A stretch of DNA of 64,000 bases. Origin: Fimbriosthenelais zetlandica (lineage: Eukaryota). Positions 51,801 through 64,000 of this stretch are shown here, in pieces. The position numbers and the translations under genes are program-made. Position 1 is the first letter of the stretch, and the number at the start of each line of letters is the position of its first letter. The notes beneath the pieces were generated by a model, which saw only the letters and a program-made list of their open reading frames with translations, ran no database searches and was not told where the DNA came from. The stretch is taken from NCBI GenBank assembly GCA_977030845.1, contig OZ365113.1, forward strand, positions 20,584,001 to 20,648,000, given 5' to 3'.

Positions 51801-54800
51801 ACATGTTCAAGCCTTCAATTCAGTATGGAGAGAAAAAAAAACTTGTTGTTTCCCGGGAATCATTTATCTGTGCTTCCTGGCACTGCAACTGTCATTCCTC
51901 AGGCGAATCCACTTACATTAACGCTTCACAAAGCAGAGGCTGCTTCATAACAAATGAAATTATAGCGTGTGTGTATGTTAGAAGCCAGGAATGTGTGAAG
52001 GCAGTTGGAGGGTGAGGGTGTTGAAGCCACAGCATTCGTTCCACCTATACTACTAGGCTACCTTCTGACGGAACTAGGAGCTGTAGGTGGTGGTGGCTGG
52101 GGTGTGATCTGCAAATGCTTCTAACTCTAGGCCCCGGAGACTGCAACGTGTTATTTCTCTACACTACACACGAATCGTCTAAAAGCATTCCCAGATGACT
52201 ACGTACCTAGTGTGTTTAATCTAATCCTTACTTTTTACCGTCTCTTTATTTTTAGTTGCGACCTTGTTTTGTAGAGTGTTTTGCTTCACTGGTTTGTTTT
52301 ATTTTTTTATATCAGGCGATATTTTAAAGTGCCGTTGCTTCAGTGGTGGCCAATATGTTCTCTAGGTGATTAATTAATTTCGAATTGGAGGGAAAGAGAG
52401 AGAGAGGGTTGGAGATACAGGGGGAGAGCGAGACAGAGACCCTCCAGGCCCTTGCCCTACTTTTTCCCCTTGCCCCACTAGTCACAAAAATCCGAAATAC
52501 TTTCATGGAGAATGTGTTCTTACTTCTAGATTCTACAAAGTCGGATCTGAGAGTCTTTACCCCGAATTCCAAATGAAAAATACGTGGGGTACATCGTTGA
52601 AAGGTGATGTTAATTAGCATCAAATCAATCCCATATAGAGATATTCCTTTAATTTGTTTCTATATAAGGAAATTGAAACTTCAATATGAAGTTTAAAAAA
52701 TACTGGAATCGCTTAAAGGGTCAATGTAACGCTTTGCCTGGTATTGAATAGGAGATGTCTGTTTGGATATATATGGGCCTGGGAAAAGAGAGTGTGTCCG
52801 CATGTTCACCTAGTATATTGTCCGACATTTTTGTGCTGAGACTGCCACGGGACCAGTCTTTGTCAGAAGGTCTATAACATATGGGATTCACAATGTGTTT
52901 CGATGGTGTCCTTGCAATGCTTTACTCTGAAAATATGAGAGTTAGAATCTGCAGAGAAAAAGCATAAAAGGCTTTCAATGTGAAAAGGGATGAAATAGGT
53001 CTACTTCTCTTTAGCATATTACAGGTTAATTTATCAGAGTTTTGCTTTTGAATAAAGCCTGGATTGACATTCAGAGCTACCGTGGAATCCCTTTGTATAT
53101 CACGAGCTCAGGAGACATGTTCCAATTCAAAAATAATTCAAAGATGATGATGACCCAAGAGCTATATAGGTCATGCATTTATTTTGTAATTGGCCTACAT
53201 ACTATCTCAGTCACTGTAGATATAACAGGAGCTGGAGGTGGGGATGTGATGTACCCTTTCAGAACATCAAAATGCGATGTTTAAGGAACCCTACTTCAAG
53301 CATGTCCCTTACAAAATGGCCAATATAAGTCTCCAATAATACTTACAATACAACATGAACCTCAAACCTCAAAATAGAAAAAAAACATATGCCTATAACC
53401 TGTTTCATGGGAAAGTCTCACTGAACAGACTTAATTCCCACGGTCTCCCCACCAGCCAAGTCTTCTAGACGACGTTACGTCGCTAGCGTTGATGTGTATC
53501 CAGGATGCGTCCCCGCCAGTTATTTCTTCCCAGGCCGGAAACTTCAATTTAAAAAAAATAGTTGCCCCATTTCCGCTCTTTTTCCCGCCTATTTTTACCA
53601 GGTTAGAATACAAACAATCCAATTGCCTCGATGGAGTGAGAGTTGAGTAGCCTAATTAAGTTATGGCAATTATATGGTACAAGTTTTTAAAGGTTGAGTT
53701 TTGGATTAACTTTTAATACAATTTTTGTTGTATTTCGAGTTGAAAATGGTACAGATTCTAAGGACTTCTTTAGGCCTAGGGCTACATTACATCTTTGCAA
53801 ATATGTCGAGGGCACAATTGTGAGTGATATAACTTTTTTGGTCAATGAGGCGGACATCAAGCCTTCAACTTATATTAAAATCGACACCGTGCACTGACGA
53901 ACTTGGTCATGCTGTACCTATATAGCCAGTCATTCTCTTAAATGCTTTACTGTAAAATGGGAGTTATTTCTGTCTGGTCTTGTTCATATCTAGGTCAAAA
54001 GTCCATATTCACAACCAGGTCAATATTTAGTCATCACTCTATCAAGACATGAACATTATTTGGAGAACTTCTGACATGACCCTTAACTTCTTGGTGACAT
54101 CTTTCTTTGTTTTCTTTCTCGGTATAGTTCTTGGCCACTCTATAGATACCGCCTTAAGGTACCTTGTGTGTTCTCCGTACAGAAAGAATTGTCTATAATC
54201 AGTGCCAACAGACAGACATCTTTTGAAGGGTTAATCAATCTTGGTGCCGCTTAACACTTAGCGAGCATTGTGACAGTCGATAATTGGGGACGTGTGCAGG
54301 ACAATGAGGCAAGCGGCGTGTCTCTGATTTGATAATCTTAAAGAGGAGATGGCAGGAAGAAGTGTGCTCTTCTGGCGGCCTAGGGGAAGCAAGGATGGAG
54401 GGAGGCGGAGTAGGGGAGAAAAGTCTCAGTGACGAACTGACAGGAGAATCAGACTTCTATATAGCTGAGAGTAGTATAGATGAATCAAGTCATCAGGTTG
54501 GGGTGGAATTTTTAAAGATAATACAGGGAAATATACCTAGATTTCACACATGATAAGGTGTATGTCCGCAGTCTATGCCCGCAGTTATCATTGGGATAGC
54601 TCTAATTTTAGTCACATATTTGGGCTTTCTGCTTCTCCACCAGTTTGCTAAACACTATAATCATTAATATAATATTCTTTGCTCACCGGAAGTACATGTA
54701 CCTGTCTTGACTACAACTGCAGATCTACTTGAAGTATCCTCAGCAGTAAGTAGAAGGATTTAGGGTGATACACCAACATCTGTGTCCCCACCACCGTCCT

Positions 54801-56493
54801 CCATATTCATATTCAACCTGGGCATTACTTAACAGAGAACCCTGGAGCAACTTCACAGTGTTCCGCATGACTAGATCTCGGCACGCTCAACCCTGTTAGC
54901 GACATCAAGGATGGAGGCTTACTCGAGGGTGAAAACAAACAGGAAAACATGTCCTGGCCATATTCTACCTCCATTGCCACTGCCGTAAGAACTGCTTCCT
55001 TCATATAGAAAGGTATAATATGGTTACATGAGATGTATTAGAGTCCCAGAACCTAGTTTGGTCAAAGATGAGAAGAGAGAAGCACTACAGAAGTGCATAT
55101 GCGAGTTCTACCGTTTAACCTCTGTAAGAAATGTAAGAGAATTTTGTGAATAGTTCATTCGTTTCAGAAGAGGCATATTTTTGATATTGTATACCATATA
55201 AATATATATGGAAGTAAAGGGACTTTCATGACAAACTACAGATGGCAAAAATCATTTCCTTATGTGTACTCTAGATGGTTCTACAATATACTAGTGTGAT
55301 TCTTGGCAATCTGTTTCTTCCAGTAGCATGGTCAGTCCTATATGAGGAACAAATCTAATAGCAAGGTATGGTTTTCCTCCATTATTCTGAACACATTTTC
55401 TAGACATGTTTCAATTAATAGAGCACAACATCAGCTTGGGTTATGCCATTAGTACATCAAACTGGCAGCATGATTATGATACCTTGGTGGTGATGAGAAC
55501 AGTAAATGCCAATTCCTGTATACTTTCAGTGGCTGTGTGATCTTATTTGTCCATCTACCACGGCAATCACAGATTGGAATGAGCTTCGCTTCAGCATGTG
55601 CTTCACATAAGCCAATATCAAGTGGAGCTTTGGTTTTTTCACTTAGAACGGAAAATTATCTCTAAATTTCTTGGTGATTACTTGCAGTCCAAGACATCCA
55701 TTGAGTATCCTAGCTATCAAAATACAAAACATAGTCTTTGGACTCTACATAGGTCCAGGAATGATCTAGTCTTGTTCTTGTGGGTTCTGCCTATTAAAGG
55801 GACGTTCCCTCAAGGACAGAGTGCACAAGTTAACTAGCATAATATCCCGCGTGTTCAACAGCTGGATTTGAATTGAGAACTACTCTTGATTCAAAGGTCA
55901 CTGTCACATAAAATTTATAGGAAATGCCAAATATAAAACTCTGACAACATTAGAGAGGGATATCCTGATCACTCCTGATGTTTGCATGCAGTGAAAGGAC
56001 ACTCCCAAAGTTTCCAAAGATGGTTCCAAATCAACCATATCATATAGGGATACCTGGAAAAATAGTATATACCATAATACATAGGCCTGTCTTCACCTTT
56101 AGGCAAATACATTTGGGATTAGGCACTATGGCAGTACACATTATGGCACTGCATGATCAGGGCAGTGACTGCGCACTTTTCCATCAAGCTCAGAATGTGA
56201 AAGTGCCAGTCTGAAACAGGCTATAGATGCAGGCTACATGTGGTTGCTATATGATTGATTATCCAATACTTGAGGTTTTGTCTGGAGTGCTGTTATCCCG
56301 GAGGGTTATGATGGTTACGGGGAATTGTAGTTCGGAGGTTGAGGCCCTATATGATTTGTCTAGTCAGGACGTAGGTAAAATCAGTATATTTCCCATGTTC
56401 ATGTCTGGCTTTTTATTCCTGTATTTGTTCATTTACCTTTCGGACAGACGTATTGCCGTATAACAAAAGTAGATGGAAGTATATAAGACTCAC

Positions 56494-56532
56494 CACCTCG
56501 TTGGATTGCCAAAACTGCTATATGGACCTTAC
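56494..56532 (-). CDS. Candidate 39-nt micro-exon of the L1-family gene (phase 1 to 1), or a recursive-splicing exon
   Basis: Acceptor tgtctttttattctttag| and donor GAGGTG|GTGAGT. The length is 13 codons and only phase 1 is open (xGT AAG GTC CAT ATA GCA GTT TTG GCA ATC CAA CGA GGT G = KVHIAVLAIQRG). Phase 1 is what the FNIII-1 exon requires. There is no transcript evidence. Confidence 0.35.
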
Positions 56533-57046
56533 CTAAAGAATAAAAAGACAATTAATTATTGATCGCGATGTGATCGAAGTACATGTACAGAACAAATTCA
56601 ACAAGAACAAGGACAAGGACACGAAGATAATGTAATATAAAAGAGCAAAAATGGCCAAGGCATAATAAAGGAATGCTTTCTGTGTCAGTGAACCTAACTG
56701 AAGGTAACCAAGGCGTAGACCGACAAGGAGGTTGTGTGTCGGGGGAGCGGCATTGGGGAAGAATGACCAGGGGCAGTATGGTATTGAATCAAGAGTGACT
56801 CGGCAACTCCTTCTGATCCATAAATGGGCTAACGACCTGAACAACCACTTGTGAACTTCAGCCCAGTGAGAGGAACGCTCCTCAATCGATCACTGTCCCT
56901 ATGGCTTTAAACACAATACCAGATCAAATGGCCTTTGTAACAAACTCCTCATTGATTTTCGTACCAGGAGCCGATATAAAAGAGTGATTTGTGAGGTATA
57001 CGAGACTGCACACTGAAGCAGAATTATACATACCTATATACCCAGA

Positions 57047-57184
57047 GAGCCCGTTTCTAAACGAAAATTAGCAATGCTAAGTCTATGGCTTAAATATTCG
57101 TTTTGAAATAGGCACCTGAAGCCGATTTCAAAACAAAAAATAGCCATAGACTTAGCATTGCTAATATTCCTTTTGAACAGGCCC
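57047..57184. mobile_element. Two adjacent ~67-bp palindromic MITEs in opposite orientation (57047-57115 and 57119-57184), copies 4 and 5
   Basis: The first core reads ATTAGCAATGCTAAGTCTATGGCT and the second its reverse complement AGCCATAGACTTAGCATTGCTAAT. The copies are separated by CTG and followed by CTG. Confidence 0.85.
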
Positions 57185-57911
57185 CTGGTCCCCGAATGGG
57201 TTATGTATCCAAAGGTATTTTGAAATATTTGCTACATGATGCTGATTGAAGCAATTTGGACTAATACACCTGGTGCCAGAAGACATTCTCTGGGGGAAAA
57301 CACATAGTTGTTTTTCCATTGACCTCATATCGGTAAAATGAATGTAGTTTTTGGGCAGTGCAGGAAATTACAAAAGTGAGATACTAGATAAGAAAACATT
57401 GTTGTTAATTGAACCAGAGTGGAAGGCACATTTGTACGTAAGAAGTTCCTGCTAATTATAACTCTCAATTTGTACCTTCATTCGCACCCTCCGCAATTTC
57501 CATCGGCAGATAGCATTCACATAAAGTTCCCATTAGGATAATGTTCTCATTAATTTGTCTTACAGAATGTCCTCTCATTATTTTGGATTTCTGGTCTTGC
57601 AATCACCACTAATGAAACAAGGAAAGGAAGGCATGTTTGGTGTTTCTGAGCATATATATCCTGGTACTGTTCATTACCTGGTCCTCCCTTATTAGTCTCT
57701 GTTCCTAGGATTTATTGGTCAGGATATCATTCTGTTTGTGCGTAGGAAAAGTAAGGTTTATTTATATATGAGAAATGAGATACTTTGATGTTACTCGAGT
57801 TCAATAACCGCCAAAGATAGGGTTTCGTTTGATTGACAATGGGATGAAATTGCACATGAATATTTTCCCAAACACATCCTCTCAGCGAGCTAATCAATAG
57901 TGGTTATCTAA

Positions 57912-58114
57912 AGCCAGGACTCCACTGCTGCGATTTTGCTTGCGACACTACTGTGACAAAGGTGATGCTTGTGTCGCAAAGAAAAATGTACCAATGAAGA
58001 ACGGCCTTATGGCCTAGGACACTTTGACCACATTTTATAAATTTCATTGTGACACAAGCATCAGCTTTGTCGCAGTAGTGTCGCAAGCAAAATCGGAGTA
58101 GTGGAGTCCAGGCT
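57912..58114. mobile_element. 203-bp PIF/Harbinger-type MITE with long inverted arms and TAA TSD
   Basis: TAA|AGCCAGGACTCCAC...GTGGAGTCCAGGCT|TAA. The inverted similarity extends about 70 bp (TTTTGCTTGCGACACTACTG...GATGCTTGTGTC versus its reverse complement). Confidence 0.88.
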
Positions 58115-58895
58115 TAAGTCAGCAATGAATTATCTTCAGGAGTCCATGTTGCATTGCCCTTACCAGTAACCAGTAGGCCTCCACTGATTATAAAAAGAAG
58201 CAGAATCTGTGTACATATAACATATACCTTTAACTTGAATTAAATATAACCAGTGCTTAATAGTCAAGAAGGGCTCAGACAATGCATATATGTACTCATG
58301 AAACTGTTATCGCATGCAAACAGCGTTATCATAAGCCGGCGCTATAGTATGTAAGATAATATTGCATACCAACCACGTTTGTACCAGAAAAGATCAGTGT
58401 GTTTAGCGTGCCTTATCCAGCTGGTCTCTGCTGCTAATCCTAATGAAGGGGCTGATTACTGCCTGTCCCAGCTTAGCTTCTCATAATGGGATTTACCTGA
58501 TCCCAGCAAGAATCACTGCTAACAGTGATATACTCGCTAGATCTAAGTGCACACAGCTTGAGCCTCTATATTGCGGCCGACTGAGAGGTATTAAAGATGC
58601 TGATCATGAGGTTTATACACATAATCAAATATGATAACATGATAATTGACACATTTTAGTTTCAATTATCAGTGTAACAATGTTAATTTAATGATAAAAA
58701 TGATTATTTATAAATTAGGTTAGATCAATACTATAGGCATATGTAATGGCTGGATTATTGGTAGGATAACTGCTTGCTTCAGTGTGCGCTGCATGCCGAC
58801 CGATTCAACAATGGCAGCGAACCGAACTGCCTACAATGATGAGAGGCATGCAGTCAAAAAAACAATTGCTGCCATCCAGGAAGACCCAACAGCTG

Positions 58896-58953
58896 GGGAC
58901 TGTTTCAGAACAACCATTAGCAAGGCTAAGTCTGTGTGATATGAAACAGGCCC
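58896..58953. mobile_element. Shortened (58-bp) palindromic MITE, copy 6, CTG TSD
   Basis: CTG|GGGACTGTTTCAGAACAACCATTAGCAAGGCTAAGTCT...TGAAACAGGCCC|CTG. Confidence 0.75.
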
Positions 58954-61900
58954 CTGGTCAAGTGAAATTTGTGACAATCAATGGGGCTATAATTATGTTA
59001 AACCTTAAACAGCAAAACACTACTATCGATCCTCCATTCTATTCTAGCCATGAGGACAGACAAGGAGCCTGTCATCTTGTCAGTAAGGGAAGTCCGGTCT
59101 GCAACTGTGAGCATCTGCTCAACAACACATGGTACCGCTCTGCCCCTAATTGTGAGCCTCATAGCATATGAGGGCAATGTACTCCCCTTTGAACGTGGAG
59201 GGTGTACATGTATGACAGGCATAGATGTGCTCCCTTTCACTATGAGGGCAAATTGATGTCACCAGCAGCCTCTTATCCCTATAATATATTCCACGGGGAA
59301 TCCCAAATTAACTCAATACTGAAAGTAATATAACCTCCATTGGGTTTAGGGAGCTTAACACAATTGTTATCTTGGTGGCTTTAATATATTTTGTATCCCA
59401 AAACAGATTGCTGCAGTGTTATACTGCAATTATGCAGAAATAAAATTGTCAGGGAATAATTACAAAATGTGCAATGCATGGGAGAGGAGTGAGCTGAAAG
59501 GATGAAGTGAGTGGCTCAGCGTTTACGCCGCCCGATATACCTGACCCTTTACTCTTCTCATGTTAGTATGAATTTTTCCTGTCAAGAGAAAGGTGAAGCC
59601 CGGCAGTGAATTCAATTCCATTAGACATGTTGTCTCATCCTCTACATCAAGGGCAGATGCTGGAATTAGGCAGCAGTTTGAAATTACAATTTAGCTTCAC
59701 CTGATTGAAACTTTGATTGTTGCAACACAGTTATAAAGGGCTCACTCAAAGGTCATCGCTTTGCAGAGAATTAATCTCCAAGTTTTATTATTGGCAGATA
59801 TTGCATGAAAGCTTTCCTTATTGGTAAACAGGATGGTTAATGAACGGAAGATGCAAAATCCTAGAGTCCCTACATGTCTGGAAAAATATCATCAAGTTGT
59901 CAACAACTACAGATACTTATCATAAAGCAATGTTTCAATTACTTAACTTAATGTCATTTCAACTTACATACATGTTTGTGCTACGCCAGAGCTTGCGCGG
60001 TTCCTTTCTCATCAAGTCTAAACATAAATATCCAAGTTTGCAACAAGGTTCCTCTTAAAAGCGTCAGCGATAAAGATGACGACTGTGATCAGGATTTAAA
60101 AAAAAATTATCTCAGGTGCCATTTACGATGACACAAAAAGGTAGCCATATAAGAACCTTATGTAGAACACTACATGGGAACCCGAGGGAACAAAGACCAA
60201 GGACAGTGCTCAATTGTGCTCTTCTCGCAGGATACAAAATGAAAAAAATACAAAGACTGAAAAGAACTCAAATAAACAGGATGCTTGATAACGGATTTGA
60301 TTCATCATGTAACTCATTAAATGTAGCAATGTGTATTCTTTCACCTACTATTTGATGTGTTAAAAAGTACCCATCAAATTTACAATGAACGTTCTTTCCA
60401 TGGGTGCTGAATCTATGAAGATGATTGAGGCAGTAAAGCATGATGATTCACTAATCATCAGCTCTGCTTCAAGACCGACATTTTCCTCCACTACCTGACA
60501 ACAGATCGTTGTTTGTTGACTTGGGGAGGATAACGTAGAGGCTAAATTATAGTCCTGATTATTGCTAAGACCCTACTTGGGCTCAGATAGGGGCTGGGCC
60601 AAGTTTATCCAATGAAAGATTTATAAGTCTTTGGGCTTGCCAGTCCTTGCACTCAAAATGCCAGCCTGTAATAAATGACCAATAAAAAGGCAGAGCCCCA
60701 TTTACTCTCCTTTAAGAGACTAGAGGAGATTAACTCTATATTTTCAATGTTCATGATTAATTGTTGCAACTGTGTACGAGGAGACTCGGGTGAATCTGGT
60801 AGTCGGTCGTTCTATTACTCCGTATCTTCCTGCATATAATCTAAGCAATTTGAAATTCAAGATGCAGCGTGTCTTTTATGGGTCTATAAGGTAGATATGT
60901 AAAAATAATGTGTATCTATGGTTGCCTTTGACAGCTTTCCTATTAGACGTCCCATGTCCCCATCGGGGTAGATTCCTGGTTCATCAATTATAGGCCACTC
61001 ACACCATAAATCCACATTTCTAGTAAATAAATCTGCCAATTGTTGGGACTTCCCGATGCTTTATTCGCCGTGAAAGCTTATTTGTCACAGCTCTTGATTT
61101 ATGGGCATAGGTGTTGAATAACATTAGAGGGGCGAAACTCTGAAAGTAATCCCATTTTAGTGACACATATAACTTTAATCACCCAATTACTGTTTCCCCG
61201 ATTGATTTATGGGGTATGAAGACATTGATCTTGAGGATAGAATTCTCAGTAATCGCATTGACTGAGCAAACGTGGTGAAAATCAATAACAAATGTTTACA
61301 TTAAGGATAAAGCAATTATCAAAAATATTCTACACAGCATCCTTAATCTGGAGATTATATGAACTGTCAATTTGTAATTTTTATTTTCGTTGAAACAAAA
61401 TTATATCCTGACATGAAGTCGAAGTGATAAAAAGTCAGCAGCGATGACTTCATGAATTAAGATCTCATTACACAATTTGGTCAAAAATGTAAGTAAAAAA
61501 ACTATTGACTATCCACAATGCCCATGTTAATTGATAGAATAACCACGAAGCTGCAAAAAAGTGACCGATTAAAAGAGCTCAATGCCTAAGATACGGTCAT
61601 TAAAATTAGTGCTTATTAGTCCTAAGCTGGTGATAAACTAATTTTATTATTCTATAGGGGTTACCTGGGTGCGGCATGAGTCTAGCATGATGTCCTCTTT
61701 TTCTTTACATAATGAAATCGCCAACTCTTTAGAGAGTTCCTTCCTGAAATAGTTCACTACAGCTTTAATATTTGATGGAGGAGGCGTGGCAGAATTAAGT
61801 GAAGGTGTTTTTAGGTTACAGGCGATAATTTCCCTCAGTCCTGTAGTTGAAGCACAAGGAGGGGGAAGGAAGTTAAAGTGGTTAGAGGAATCTGCCTTAT

Positions 61901-64000
61901 TTAGCTGTGGTAGGTCTGTGAATTATGGGGCATTAATAGCGAGTCGACACTAGGGTCGGTAGCCAAGTGGCAGCGAAAGACAACAGGCAGGTTCCCTTCC
62001 GTTTTCCAATCATTAACCCTGTTTGAAAGGTGCTAACGTTAGACTGCTGTTTTAACGTTCTTTTTATTTTGACTGACCACGTTTTGTCATGTCCTACCCT
62101 TGTATAGCTCCCAGCTATTCTTATGCAGATGCTGCCTTCTTCAATGACATCACTGTCAGCTTTTGGGGTATCTCTTGAAGATAACTGCTTTAGAAGATCT
62201 GCCCAATATCTCAGAATATGGCACATCTGTCCATATTTAGACATCCAACCATTCCACTGTCCCACTTAATGTCTCCATTCTCCCCACCTCCTCTACATCA
62301 TTTCCCAAATTCACTTTCCACCCAACCCACCCCAAAACGCGCCCCCTATGTACTGTCCACTCAACTTCACCTCTTCTTTCCGACCAAATACAATATCATG
62401 CATCCAGCTATCATTATCAACGGGCTTACAATGGTTAACACCTATCAATTTCAGGCTGATATATCATGTAGCAAGGGGAAGATTTCCCATCGGTATCACA
62501 GAGAGGTACTGACACGATTATCAGGGACCGTACGGGGTCAGTTTGCACGGAGATATAAGGGATAGGAGAGGCTGGGATGTCATTATATGTATGGAGCAAG
62601 TAGTCTCTATGAGGATCTATGTTTTTAACCTTCCTAACCCGACTGTTTGATATGGAACCCATGCATCAGTTTCCCTCCCAACGTCCATCATGGAGGGACA
62701 GGTGGGAAAACCTTCCCAGAGGAAGAAGGAACCCGCGAAATCTTGAGGGGTGAACACTTGCAAAACGATCTTCGACAACTTGGACACCTCTATAGTGGGT
62801 ATACCATTACTCTACTATTCTTGGGTATACTCCAAAAAAAGTCCATTCCATCATTACATTAGCTAGAAGCTGGACCACCTGAGTGAAGATGTCCTTATAA
62901 AGAAAAGAACTAAAAATGACAAGATTCAATTGCAGTTTACATCTAATGAAAACAAAAATGTGCGCAAAAATGATCCGGTAGGTCTATTAGACGAGAGAAA
63001 AACGTAATAGACCCTGGCATCATCCGAGTAACGCCTTGTTCAATGTGGAATCTGATCTCTGGATGTCATACATAACTTTGATGGGCAGCTCTCAGTTCTG
63101 CTATGTATTAAAACCTATATATAGTGACAGGCAAAGACCATGAATAAGCAAGAAGATGGCATTAAAACCTTATTAGGATGCAGAGAGGACTGGTTTATCG
63201 TGAATTATGGAGGGCCGTTTTTCCTCGCAGCACATTCTGTTGAACATGCTTTGTGCTGTTGGAAAATTCCTAATCTATATGTATCAATACTCTCCAGAGG
63301 CATGCCAGATAAGGTATGGGTCTAGCCTCCACAAGGACATAATTAAAGGTGGCACATAACTCAGGTTGCATATATGGGTCAGGAACCTATTTGAAAAGAA
63401 ACATAGGCTTTATAATAGCATCATGCAGTTTATATAGGCCAATGAAGTGCATTTTTATAAGGGCTAAATGGCCCATGCAGCTAAACCCAATTGTGCATCT
63501 ATTGACTGAATGCAGAATGGGAGACTGAGACTGCTTGAGTCAGATGTCAACGCCTATAGCTCCTATATAAGGTATTACAAGGCTTGAGCGAAAAAACTCG
63601 AAAGCCAGCATCATTTTACGAATGAAAAGGCATAAAATGTAGGATGGGACATTACGACGAAGGGCAGGGAGGCCGAAGAATAATTGCTTTCTCTTTGAAA
63701 CTATTTAATTCATTTCCATAAGAACAGAACTTTTCCATGAAAAATCAATTTTAGCCCCGTGCAAAAGAAGTATTTATCCAAGAGTAATAAATCCTTTTTT
63801 TCATTTCCTTCAGGCGACGAGCTTATACCATGCTCAAAGCAATATGGGATCTGAGCAAAATCCATGCAAGGGATTAGAGACTTTCAATCGGTTCCAATGA
63901 CATTGAAATATCTTTGTAACGAAAGGTGTGGTCCAAGATGTCCTTTTATACTTAGTTTAATCAGAAGCTTTTATTCGTTCTGAATTTTAAAATCTCTTGG

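Noticed and set aside
56533-56844. 103-aa ORF with a hydrophobic stretch suggesting a transmembrane or signal peptide
   Set aside because: The hydrophobicity comes from the T-rich polypyrimidine region upstream of the 56533 acceptor, and the position is incompatible with the L1 domain order.
59050-59256. Plus-strand ORF with Ig-like VILSVREVRSATVSIC
   Set aside because: It is on the wrong strand for the host gene and lacks the Ig core Trp and Y-x-C motifs.
60391-60411. REST/RE1-like TTCAGCACC-CAT-GGAAAG on the minus strand
   Set aside because: The spacer is non-canonical, the right half-site is poor, and a REST orthologue cannot be assumed in this animal.
61933-62265. 110-aa minus ORF containing EEGSICIR and AGSYT, reminiscent of Ig E/F strands
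   Set aside because: Motif spacing is wrong, the F-strand Cys is missing and no splice sites bound it.
8-63325. The remaining short ORFs (60-140 aa) in the six-frame track
   Set aside because: They are consistent with chance ORFs in intronic DNA and show no recognisable domains, so they are not reported as genes.

Overview
This is animal genomic DNA, not prokaryotic: AT-rich, intron-dominated and probably from a marine invertebrate bilaterian, though the taxon cannot be fixed from sequence alone. The window lies inside one large minus-strand gene of the L1CAM/neuroglian/NrCAM family. I can splice four exons with canonical AG/GT ends and mutually consistent phases: 30120-29747, 26129-25889, 12058-11928 and 5587-5359. 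They encode fibronectin type-III repeats 1-3 and are separated by introns of 3,617, 13,830 and 6,340 bp. The last two exons are not in the ORF track. I found no Ig-domain, transmembrane or cytoplasmic exons, so the gene probably extends beyond both ends. FNIII-3 carries an RHKR proprotein-convertase site at the position where vertebrate L1/NrCAM are cleaved. The most intriguing candidate is a 39-nt symmetric micro-exon at 56532-56494. It would splice in frame onto the FNIII-1 exon and create an RGD tripeptide across the junction, and its 5' edge is also an AG|GTAAG recursive-splice-like site. The introns hold a 5'-truncated tRNA-derived SINE with a 14-bp TSD, six copies of a ~67-bp palindromic Harbinger-like MITE with CWG-type flanks, two ~200-bp TAA-flanked Harbinger-like MITEs, a Tc1/pogo-like MITE, a ~325-bp three-unit tandem repeat with an open frame, and weak retroelement relics. 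There is no CRISPR array, rRNA or intact tRNA, and nearly all ORFs in the supplied track look like intronic noise.
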